The translations under genes were made by a program, and so were the position numbers. A stretch of 64,000 nt of DNA from Phoronis australis (taxonomy: Eukaryota > Animalia > Phoronida). Below the pieces are notes generated by a model. It was not told where the DNA came from. It saw nothing but the letters and a program-made list of their open reading frames with translations, and searched no databases. The stretch is taken from positions 257,203-321,202 of the forward strand of contig NMRA01000169.1 in NCBI GenBank assembly GCA_002633005.1, read 5' to 3'. This document shows, piece by piece, positions 1 to 12,000 of the stretch (its first letter is position 1; each line of letters opens with the position of its first letter).

Positions 1-92
1 ATGAGATCCAGAGCCAATCGGAGGACAGGAGACAGTGGGTTAGTGAGATGGACGGTGTTTTGCTGTCTGTTGAGAAGGAGAGGATGGGCAAG
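1..92 (+). CDS. CCDC180: CCDC180 exon 1 in window (partial)
   Basis: EIQSQSEDRRQWVSEMDGVLLSVEKERMGK then AAG|gtaaat donor, phase 0. Confidence 0.85.
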
Positions 93-3000
93 GTAAATCA
101 GGGTTCAAATATGGTCAGCAAAATCGTGTGTCTAGATCCCGACAGGACTGGAAAATGTGCGACTTTCACAAAGTAATGTCTGGTTTTAAAGTGTGACTTT
201 TAAGAGGTCTCCGGTGATACAAGCTTGCTGCCCTTTATCTGGTTAAAATTCTGCAAAAATATGAACCATTGTCGCAAAAATGCATTGAAATTTGAACATT
301 TGGTGAGGATGATGAATTGATATATAACAATTACTGAATTTGCAGGGACGATTATCTGTCGTGGGATGTTCTGTTAGGAAAAATTGGCAGACGAGTACTT
401 CTCTTAATGTTATGTTACATGTTGTTTGCTTCTCATCAAGTCAATCACAGCAAACATCTTTGGCAAAGTTTTGAATTGTTTCAGTTATATTTTAGTGCAT
501 TCAATAGGTTGCTTGCTTAGTTGAGTTTCCTGAAATGTTAGAAAATGGAATACATGACAACAATTGTCACAAAATCAATATTTTTGCTTTTTGAAGCATT
601 ACTGAATATTAACATGTTGGCGCGACTTATTTTGTAATAACAAACCTTTGGGACTATTAACTGTGGCTGAAATTATGAAAAATGATAGCATAGAACCAAG
701 TGTGATGAAAATTTTGCTGTTTGAGACAACTATCATTGCTTCAAGTTGCGTTGACCTTCAACTTGAAATAGGAATGCTTAACACAGGTTCAAAAAAGACT
801 GTCTGTAAGTTTCCAATGATATCACCATCTTGTTCATCGTGTTCATTGTGTTGCATAGATACGGCTCGTGTTTGAGGAGTACGCCAAAACTTTGGAGAAG
901 ATTTCACACCTCATGAAACCAGATATACAGAGACTGTTGGACAGTGAGTCACAGGTAATAGGAAAATATTGATTGGAGTGCTTATTTCATTTTTGAATTA
1001 TGTTATTTGAAGTGGTTATGTATGTTTTGTAAACTTCTAATAATGAAATCAGTTGTTACTGGTTAACGAAAAACTCAGACTTCATTGTATTGTGTTCTTT
1101 AGAACATTAGAACACAAGTTACATTATGCAGGCTCTGGTACGGATGCGGTATTGGAGGCCAGAAACAACGTTCCCCGCCCCCAGCCATCTCTGCACTTCA
1201 CTTATAATTTCCATTGCTTTAGTCTGGAAGATCTCATGCACACAGTATGTGTAATGTCCATTGTCATATGCTATCTAGACAATGTTTTGGATCTGTGTCT
1301 GTTCTCTTGTTGTTAGGCAATACTAAGGGATGATTACAGACGAGAGCAACAAAGTTTGGTGTGTAGGACATCCAAACAAGAACATTTTGAATTCAGTTGA
1401 TTATCAGCAGAAATGGACAGGTTAAACTATTAACTACCTAGTAGGAGGAAATTTAACATTAAGAAAGACACTTACTTGCAGCAATGGTGTATATGTCAAC
1501 ACATTGATTAAAAATGTCTCAATCTAAAATCGTGGTTACGTTTTAGATGATCAACCAGGCAGTGCTGAGTAACAAGCGAGCGTATGCGGATCTGTTTACA
1601 CGTCTGATGACAGCAGACATTGAACGGGAGAAGAAACATCACAATCAGTGGCAGAAACGACTGGAAGACTGGCGGCAACTCAACACAAACATAGCTGTCA
1701 AGAATTTCACGTGAGTTGGGAGACGACTGCAAAGTGTTCGCGGGAAAATTAATGTTTTCCTGATGGTAGATCAGGGGCCCGATAATGTTTTAGAGGCTTC
1801 ACGCTGATTGAAGTGATTGTAGCTCCACCTTTTGTTCTGCCTTACTTTGTGCTCAGTCATCCACTTTTAGATGTTTCATGCAGAATTAAGTGATTACAGC
1901 TGCTCCATCTGGTGTTCAGCGTGTAAGAACTCATTCATTCTCCTTTAGACTGTAGTTTTCAATATAAACTGGTTAGACTTTTACAGAATTCTGTCAATAC
2001 CTCATCAAACTATGACAAACTTTTCAGTATTATTTGTCAGTTTTATCAAGCCTTTGTCGTAATAAACGTAGATCTGCGTGGTCGCTAATTGTTCATTTGT
2101 AAATGGCCTTGCAAAGTAAGTGGTTGTGATTTTGGCAAAGTAGGTTGAGCAGCATCTGTCAAGATTTGGCCAGCAAGGGTTCTTGATGAAAAGAAATATA
2201 TTTAGTTGGGGTTCTGTGTGTCGAAACTTTCTTGAATTTCGGCGTTGATCAGCTTAGTTTGAAATCTTCCGTTATTGACTTCAAAAAGAATGAAGTGATC
2301 ACAGCCCCATCTAGTGTTCAGCTTATACTCAAATATTCTTCTTTACAGTGACTTTATGAAGAGTGATGTGATCACAGCTCCATCTGGTGTTAATCATGTG
2401 CTAACTGCCTTGATACAGGAGCAAGACAGGATCAACCAAAAGCGACTGGAACTCATCAACTCACTCAGGTACAGTGACCTTGGATGAAGCAGGATCCTTG
2501 TTTATGTGAAAATATCCAACATGAGAGAATATGGAATGAATCCTCTTCTCACACGGGTCAATTTAATAACTGTGTTATGTTGAAGGCTTGGCTAAACCAT
2601 TAGTATGGGCCTATAGTATGGGATAAACTGGATGTTTAATAAAGTGGTATAATTACAAAACTTATCGAGAATCTGAGAAGGCCTTTTGTGAAAGCGAGAC
2701 ACTCATGAGAGACACTTATGGTGAGAAATCTTCCCTTATGAAACAGAAACACGAATTTGGCAGTCAACAGTCCAGCCTTACTGACCAATCATTTCAGTGG
2801 CTGACAACCATCTCAAACTTACTTGCGAAACATTTGTTTTTCTGTCGCATGATTTTGCATGGTCTTGAGAGATTTTACTGTTTTCACAAGCAATTCACTC
2901 TGTGGAAAGCAACCCTGCATTTTCTTGTAACCAGTTAATAGCCTTGAGATGCCAGGATTGCTTATGACTATAGGAGTTGAAAGTCACATGTGATATGCCC

Positions 3001-6000
3001 TGTACCTAGGGAAGATATCACAAGGAATAATTTAATCATTGGGACACCATAAAATTCTCCTTAATGAATGTCGAACTATTTGGTTATTAGTCACAGCCAG
3101 TTCCAAAACATTACATATTAATGTTAAACACCAGCTGTTGGTGTGTAACCCTAACAAGCTTCCTCCCTTTTCATCATCTTGTAACATTGTTCCACAGAGA
3201 AATGCTGCCGCCGTCATCCACCAAAACGCGCGTGTACCAGTGGAATGACGAGCTGAAGTCATTGAGTGACCTCCTGGATCAGACTAACCAGCAGTACTTG
3301 AAGAAACTGTATGAGGAATATGAGTACTCAAGCCGCCATAGTCTACAGGAGATGGAGGAAGTCAGGGTAAGGGGCCAAGAGAGATGGAGTGAGCCGCCAT
3401 GGGCACACCTCTGTTTTGGTTGAGGTTGATATCCATTCATATCAAGTTGGTGATATGGTTATCAGTCTGGTATCAGTCTGTTCATCATTCATAGCATCAT
3501 TCATGGGACACCTTTTTTGATCATTTATTACAGTTGCTTAGTGAAAGGAAATCAAGACAAAATTCACGGCTGACAATAAACCTGATGAAAAATTGTTATA
3601 CAAACCATGAAATAAATATACTAGAAATAAATTGATATTGATTCAGAAAAATAGTTGATATGAATTGATTTCATCTTTATGATGAATTATGATCAACCAA
3701 AATTCATCCAACCAACCAGTAGAAGTGAAAGACATGTTGATAGTAAGGGGGAGGATTCAAGGAGGTGGGATGCAGAACACCTAAAGATAATTCGTGTGTG
3801 GTAGCTGCCTTTGGAACTATCACCAAGAGACATGTTGTTCATCACTTACATCATGTCAATGCGCGTTATCTCATTATTAAACTTTGTTGAGCGATGCCTT
3901 TGATGCCATATAACAGTCAAGCTACTTTATATTGGAGTAGGCTAAAATTTCACCGATTGTGGAGAAAAACAATAATTGGTATTTTTACATTTTTCAATGG
4001 CTTCTTTGAATGTCCACAATTTCTCTGAAATATTGCCTGATGGTAGTTAGGCTGGTGTAGATCATTAAAATTGTTAAATCACTTATTTTCTGTTACTTGC
4101 AAACATTTTGTCCCGTCAGCATGCCATTTTTTTGTCACATCACGTGTTACTTATCTTTCATGAAAAAATGGAAAAGTAATAAAATTTCACTTGTCGGCCA
4201 CTTGGTGTTCTAAATTGGTGAGATTTTACCGTTATCAAACTTTCCAAGATCTTTTTTCAAAAATTAAGTTCCAAGACAAAAATGAAATCTGATTCTGAAA
4301 GAGGACAGATCATGTACCCCTGATCAGTATTTTGTTCATCGTTTAAAACCAATTAATTTTTAAGTCCAATTTAATGACTTTTTGTGTAGTTGCTGGGAAT
4401 GGGCATTTTGTCCTTACCATTGGGAGGACCTGGTTGTCAGCTGACATATTTTGATCATTTTGCAGCCAAGTGCGTCATTATGTCAAGCCGGTTGCTCTTT
4501 TCTTTTCAGAAAAGCCTGCTGCAGTCAGGTGTGTGTGACGACACCAAGGCACACCTGGTGGTGACTGAGTCACTCATGCCTCTGATTGGTCAGCGACAAC
4601 GGCTATACGAGGCAGAGATGGAGGAAATGGAAGTGAGTGCTAACCAAAACGGTGGCCATTTTGACTTTTAACTCATTGTGGCAGATCATGAGTACCATTG
4701 TTCTGCAGATAGAAAGAACCATATCTAGAATAGGCCCAGTGGACGTACACAATAAATAAATTTTCCACAGATATGCTCAAGGAATATGGGAAAAATTATG
4801 CATGGAAAAATTCTTAGGAAAAGGACACTAAAATGGCGACTAAAATATTTTCAGCAATAAAGTCCAACCTGTGGGTACAGTCATATGTCAATGATGTTGT
4901 GTATTTACTAGGCTAAGACTGAGTAATTTGTCACAAGAATTATCCATTTGCCTGGTGGTTACAGTATTGATAAATCCGAGCATATGCTTGGATTTGACTG
5001 TTGGTCCCTAAACTTATATTTTCTGAATGTACACCCCGGGATTGTAGGAAATTCTGGTTCTCTCAAAGTATTTATTGCATCTCTAACTTTAGACTTTTCT
5101 GTTACTTCTTAGTCAAGTTAATGTGATTTATGGAATAGTTGGCATCATTTTAACTTTTATTTGACAAAGTACCAATCTATTATAGGGTTATATTACCATG
5201 TATTTAAACAGTTACATTTGTGTTTATGCTCATGCACATGGTCTCCCTTTATTGGTTACATTTTGTATGTTTTGTCTGGGTTCATGTCTTATTATTTTGC
5301 ATGTTCCTTGTAAGAGACCACCACAGAAATACGTGTTTCAGTCACTCTGTGATGCTGCTCTGGTTGTACACGTATTGTTTGTCTCATGATTTGTATTACC
5401 ATAATGTTTATTTGTTATCACATCTCATCTAAACTGTCATTCATTCAGTTGTGTGTGTAGCCCAATACAACCGGTCAGTCATTATCATGGCAAATTATGC
5501 AAGGTCATCATGCTTGCCTTAATCGAAGTTGTCTCCCCTCTTCCAGAAACATGTAGAAGAGCATACCAACTATATGAACAGACAGCTCAAGTCACTCTTT
5601 AAGTATTGCCAGGGAGCAGCTCATGCCTGGGACCTGCACGAGATCGGTCTTGGCAAGCAGGAGCGTGCTCTACAGGAGAAATTGGAAACTTGTCGGCACC
5701 ACCATGATAATATTAACCAGGTATTTTTTCGTGTCTATTTGACTTGTGGCTGATCCTTACTGTTGTTTTGGAAGTAGTTTTCAGTTTTGCTGGTCATATA
5801 GTCAGATGTACACGTTGACCATTACCTAACTTACTAAATGTTTGTTTGTTGGTTGTTCTATCATTATCTGACTCTTTTCCATTTATAAGTATGCCATGCA
5901 ATCTTAGTGTTTTACATATTGCTTTGTATGATTGTTCTTGTAATACGTTAATACAAACATGAGGACCCTCTTTGAAACTGAATTCATGCTTCCTCATTTT

Positions 6001-9000
6001 TTTAGCATCAAATGAGTTAGTGGTTATATTCAAGTATAATAGCTCACTTGCGAGTTTCTCGCTAGTCACTGTGACGTCACCGGAAAGGGGGCAAAACCCG
6101 CCATATTGCTTTTGTTTTGCCCCGAGTCTTTGCTACACATGCTAAAACTTACTGGAGTTGTTATGGTGAATTTTACACTTAAAACGTTAAAACAACTTAA
6201 GATATGGTAGATGGGTCGTGGAATAACTGTGAATAGACGAAGAAAATGTGACCTTGTTATGTTGTGCGAAGCTGTGAACGGACTGAAATTGGAACTTAAC
6301 CCGCTCTAGGCCTGAATGGCGCAGGCATACAGGGGCGATAGTGTATCCCCATAAAAAGATATTCACTTCAAAATACAGCAAATAAAATCAAATGAAACAT
6401 GCATATGTGCACATGAAGTTATAATTAACACATACCCTGACTCTGGACACAATTTAGTCTACAAATAACTTGAGCATATTCATGAAAACCTCGCGGTTCT
6501 CTCGAATTTCTCTCACTAAAGAGCCGCCATTTTGAGGAAGTTACGTGAAATCACGCCTGTTGACGAACAAAAAGTCCAAGGGACACAACATGAATCAAAT
6601 TTCACTTGATATTTTCTCATGCTATTTTGCAAGTCACGCGCCAGATCTCGCGCTTCGCTCAGTCTCGCGCTAACCTTTGCCTCATACTCACCTGACTCAG
6701 TTGAAATACTTGATTGTGGCAATCGCGCGCGCGGACAAAGTTAACTGTCAGTAACCACAAAGTGGAGTTGGAATTCTTCGCCTAAGTCACCTGAATTCCC
6801 GTGCTTCATCGAAGATATGTTTAGAAGCAGAAAGAGTCACTGAAGAAAGTAAGAGCCATTTAGGTGCTAATTTTAGGTGTAGAATGTATTTTCGACGAGG
6901 TGAAAACTTTATCAGTGAGCGGATTTCGCCTACCGCCCGTTTAAAATACACGGGACGAAACTTAGTACAGAACGCGATAGAACGTTTTGTAGTGCGAATC
7001 TGAAGTTCATTTGCCATAACAGCAATGCTTTTGGACATTTTTCGAACTAAACGGCTAAAAACTCGAAGACAATAACAGAATACACTCTGTTACCGTATTG
7101 GGCAAATGACCAAACGACAAGCTTTTGCCCCACTTCCCGTGACGTCACAGTTAAGTCTCACATAATCTCGCGTTATTGTTATAAACTCGCAAAAGGCCTA
7201 TTCGTTAATTGTGTTTTAATCACCCAAAAATTAAGATACCCTTGATCGTTTCTCAGTGTTCTTTATGTCTCTTTCTAATGGGTAATTGGAAATTACATAA
7301 AATTAAATGTAAATAAGGCGAAATTTATGTTGTTTGCAGTGTGGATGTTTTAGATTTAGTTTGTCTTGTAAGTTGGTATGTTCAAGCATGTTTTACGTGC
7401 CTTTCATCAAAACATTTAGCAGAAGGATATGCCATGACTTCTCAATGTTAATTGGATGCTGTAGGAGCGAGAGGCCAATCTCGACATCACCATGGACCGC
7501 ATGAGGCAAGATGGCAATGAGAGCCACCTGGAGCAGAACTTGAAGCGAGCCTTGGAGATGTTGACCACAATCAAACATGGGTGAGTATGACAATCCTCAC
7601 CCAAAAGGAATTGCAAAAATTGTCTTTCTCCATTTTCCAAAGGCTGGTTACTTTTAATGGAAAATTTTCCATATTTGCTTTTAAGACACCTACAAACCTT
7701 GTTCGCTGTGTTTTTTTTTTGAGAAATTTGATTATTTCACTTGTCGACCACATTGTGCTCTGAATACGTGAAGAATTGCTGTGTCTTTTGACCAGTGTTG
7801 GGACTGTTTTGTAGTGTAAAGGTGCATTTTGCTCTGCTTAGTTGGCTAAAAACAGAAGTTGATTTAGATCTTTCACTTTCATACTAAAGCCCTACCATAA
7901 TGGCGTTCTATTTCCATTACCAACTCAAGTCACAGGTAATGTGTTTGAATACACCAGTTTAGGGTCAGACAATCCTAATAAATTCCGAAGCCTTTTCTAG
8001 AGTTGCTGATGATTTCAAATTTGTCTTGCTAATAGTAATGGCATCAAGTTAGCATTATGGGTAAATATCACAAAATCAGAGAGGGCACTGTCTGGTATTT
8101 TGTGATGTGTTGTTTAAATGTGTTGTAAGTTATGTTGAAGAAACTCCTCCACTAGATAGTTTTGATTGGAAATGCGCGTTGACCAGTGTGCCCATCTTCT
8201 TTAAAACTCAATCTTGTTACTCGTACTGAAAGTGGTTGTAGATTTAAGAAGAACAGTTCCAGTTCTGTGTAGTTGGAAGCAGATCATTGTACTATGAGCT
8301 GGCATTTAGGGTTTGGATGTATGTATGCCTAAACAATGTGTGTCCCCTCACGTTGGAGTTGTTTAGACTTGTCAAGATTCTCTATTCTGATAACGGGTAA
8401 AACTTTATTGATTCGTATTAGCATATTAAAATAATGCAGGGGCGGATCCAGGATTTTGAGTTAGGGGGGGCCAGGGCAGAGTATTAGCCTAGGATTTTCC
8501 CCAACAGACATTCGCACCCCCGTACTGCCAAATGGAATCTGGGAGAATTTTAGGGGGGGGGGCGATGGCCCCCTTGGCCCCCCCCTCTAAATCCGCCACA
8601 GTAATGCATCGCAATATGCCATAAATGTCATGTTTATACCAGGTTTCTGAAAGCTGGTTATGCAAGCAATAATCCACAGGCGAACCATCAAGACCCACAG
8701 GGGATTGGGTTGAGCACGGTAGTTTACCTTGGACCTCTAGTAAGTAATATTCAACTTATTTGTGTTTCAGATATGAAGAGTTCCACAGTGAGCAGCGCAC
8801 CCTTGTGGAGGAATACCCAACTATGGTACAGGATGAGCTCAACAGCTACGATCACGCTCTGTGCAGATTCTTCGGTATCGACAGACGGCCCCCTGAGGTG
8901 GGGTGCTCTTGCTTTTATGAACTCTATGATAGTAACGACCTCTACTGGACATATATATAAAGGGGCATTTTGTTGCTAATTAACGTTCAAGGTTGAATTC

Positions 9001-12000
9001 TTTAACTGAAGGGCTTTGGGTTTTAATACGGTAACCATTACCATGCTCATCCGATGTTGAATTGTTGCTGAATTCTTAGTTTTAGTCCAACCCCAATAAA
9101 GTCTGAAGCATTTTGACTGGCTGAGGGATATGTTCTTGTTGGTTGATATGGAAATAGAACCCTATCTTGGTAAAGAATGTTTTGAGACCAGTATGAGAGC
9201 TAAGGGCGCAATTAGATTTTCATTTTTAGCCTACTACACTGAAGAATTTTCACGGTAATATGCAGATTCTAATTAAAACCAGGTTACTCAACCACACAAA
9301 ATACGACTCGGGTATTTGAAGTTTATTTCTTTATCAGTAATTTGTTTCATTATAAAAAACAATAAAAACTTTTTAAAACTGGTGAATAGTTGTATAAAGC
9401 CCCCCCCCCCTCCTCCCCCCCTCCTTTCAGATAATCCTGCCATGTCAGTCATACTCTTCTGTTTTAGGAGGTAAATCAGGAGAGACAGGAAGAAGCAGAT
9501 AAACTACGTGAAGAGAATGCTGGGTCACCGCACCCGCCAAACAAGTTCAAGCAAGCTCAGACGCAGATGATAAAGAAGAAGAAGCATGATGATGAAGATC
9601 AGGATGATGCTGTGAGTAGTTCCATTGTTCACCCGCAGGTGTCAGGGCTACACTTACCTGTTGTGTGTGTGTGTGTGTACATTTGTTGCTGCTTGGTTTG
9701 CTCTCCATTCGAGTATGTACACGTTTGGCCTATTAGTGTCAGCGAATGAGGTTTCTTCAGTCTTTTTTCCAACTGGCAAAGGAATATTTTTGTATATATT
9801 TTTTCAAAATCTGTCATAACTTGTTCTCAGAGGTCAGCGTTGAAGTTTAGTTAAAATATACTCAGGAGACAATAGACAATTTTATTTTGCTCCAGACAAA
9901 TTGAAGTATCTGTGACAGGAAAGCAAAATAATAATACTTGGAACTTGAAGATTGCCAGAAGAAATGACATGCTTTGTTGTTGAGCAAACTTAATCTTGAA
10001 TGGGGACAATGAACCTGGTCGGGTATACTGAAAAAGTAGGCATGAAGTATTTGGGTACATTTTGTTTCAGCCAAGATATTTTTCTTTCTTGAAATCTCAC
10101 CAAAAATAATTGCCAAAATTCTTTATTTTTTATTTTGCAATTAAAGTCTTCAAAGTTTTGAATGCTGACAACCTTTCAAAACACCGCCCAATCGTAGCTA
10201 TAGCATAGAACTTCAATGTGATAAAGCGTTTGATATTTGGCTCTACTTAATCTTTTGTGAAAAAATGAAAAGTAAAACTTCCATTGTCTGCCATATTGTG
10301 CCAAGAAATGATGTGATATGTTGAGGTGACCTGGGTTCCACCAGGCTTTGATTTAGTAGAACCTTATTGACTAGTCTATGTATTAATGCAAATATCTACA
10401 AGATTGTCGAGCTTCAACTCTGACAGTAAAATTAGATGTTTTCTGATAGAAGAAAGCGTATTGAATTTGAAGTTTGACTTTATTAATTAATTCTTAATCT
10501 GCTTTTAATTGGGTCATGTTACCACTATATTATCTTAATTTAACAAAAACGAAATTAATAAAGTACATCGGATTCCACAGTATAAAATGATATCAATATC
10601 ATTGACCAAATAGCATTTGGTATAAGTGTTCAATCTCAAAAACAATGTTATAGTTTTATAAATAATTAGTATCTTGTCTTCATTTTATGCAACTTTTGGG
10701 TTCAATCATTGAAATCATAAAAGTTTATATTATTTTGTAACCTCTGATGGAAAAAATTAATGGAAAATTTTAAAAAACAAGCATTTTGAAGTACACCGCA
10801 TCAAACACAATTTCATCTGCAAGTTTCACGTGATCCAATCAGCTATTTCTGACTGAGATGATCTAAACCAAATGTGGACATTTTTCAAGAGTACAACATA
10901 ACCTTAATGAAATGATGGCAGTTAACTGCAGTTGTGTGAGGGGTTGGAATGACTTCCTTCCTTGTTTTCTGTTTCATCTGAATAAAAATACTAAATAATT
11001 AGCTGATTCACTGGATAACTCTGCTTGTTTCATGTGATGTGTTGTGTTAGTGTTGTTGGACCGCCATAACTTTCAAACAATTGATCCCAGTGGTCTCCTT
11101 CCTGAAAAGTGACGCAAGACTTTAGTCAGAAATATGGTCTTACACTTCGCATAGCTATTTTATGAAAAATATAATCTCACTTAATATGCAAAAGTCCAAA
11201 GTCTCTTGGAATATATACACTGATGCTAGTTCCTTACTTATCACTTATTTCTGCACTAAGTAGCGTTAATCACTTGATGGCTAAAACCTTATTTATTTAC
11301 TGCAATAATTGTGAAGTGAGATCGCGGAACCTAAGTTCTGTCTTACGTATCAAGTCACTTTGATGAAACAAAAACCTGGCTGGTATTTCCTGTGACAGTT
11401 GTTGATTTTTTACCGTAGTCTGTGGAGAGTTTGTGCACAATACTGAGTCATTTAAATGAGTAACAGTAACGACATTTTTATTGTAAAAAAGCTTTCATGC
11501 AGAACAACACAGCATAGAGTTTGCACATCTAAAAGCCACATGGGGTTTTAAAACACCTCAAGTCTAGTTGTTGCTACCTCTGTTACTGGTGGTGTTCACC
11601 AAAGCGTGATGATTTATAGTCAACATACAGTGTATAATACTGTAGCACAGGTCAAGTGATTTCCAAAGATGTGGTGGATCAACTAGATGTCCTCATAAAT
11701 CCTAAATGCAGGGTGACCCAAAAACCCAACCCATAAGTAAAATAATCAGCTAATCCTACATTAAGAGATTTTAAATTTTGTACTCTTAGGCTGCAGTCTA
11801 TTAGTGGTCTTTCACAAAGTTTTAACTGTAGAAGTAAGTTTGCTCTGATTTTTCTTTCCAAAGAATTTAATATTAATGATTATTTTATAACAAAGTTTTT
11901 CTAGTTTGTTTTTTATCTCCCTATGCCTTTGTATGGTTGGCAATGTGGTATTAGCAACAAGAAGATATTATTTGATAAGAATGAACAGCCAGGCTTTTTG

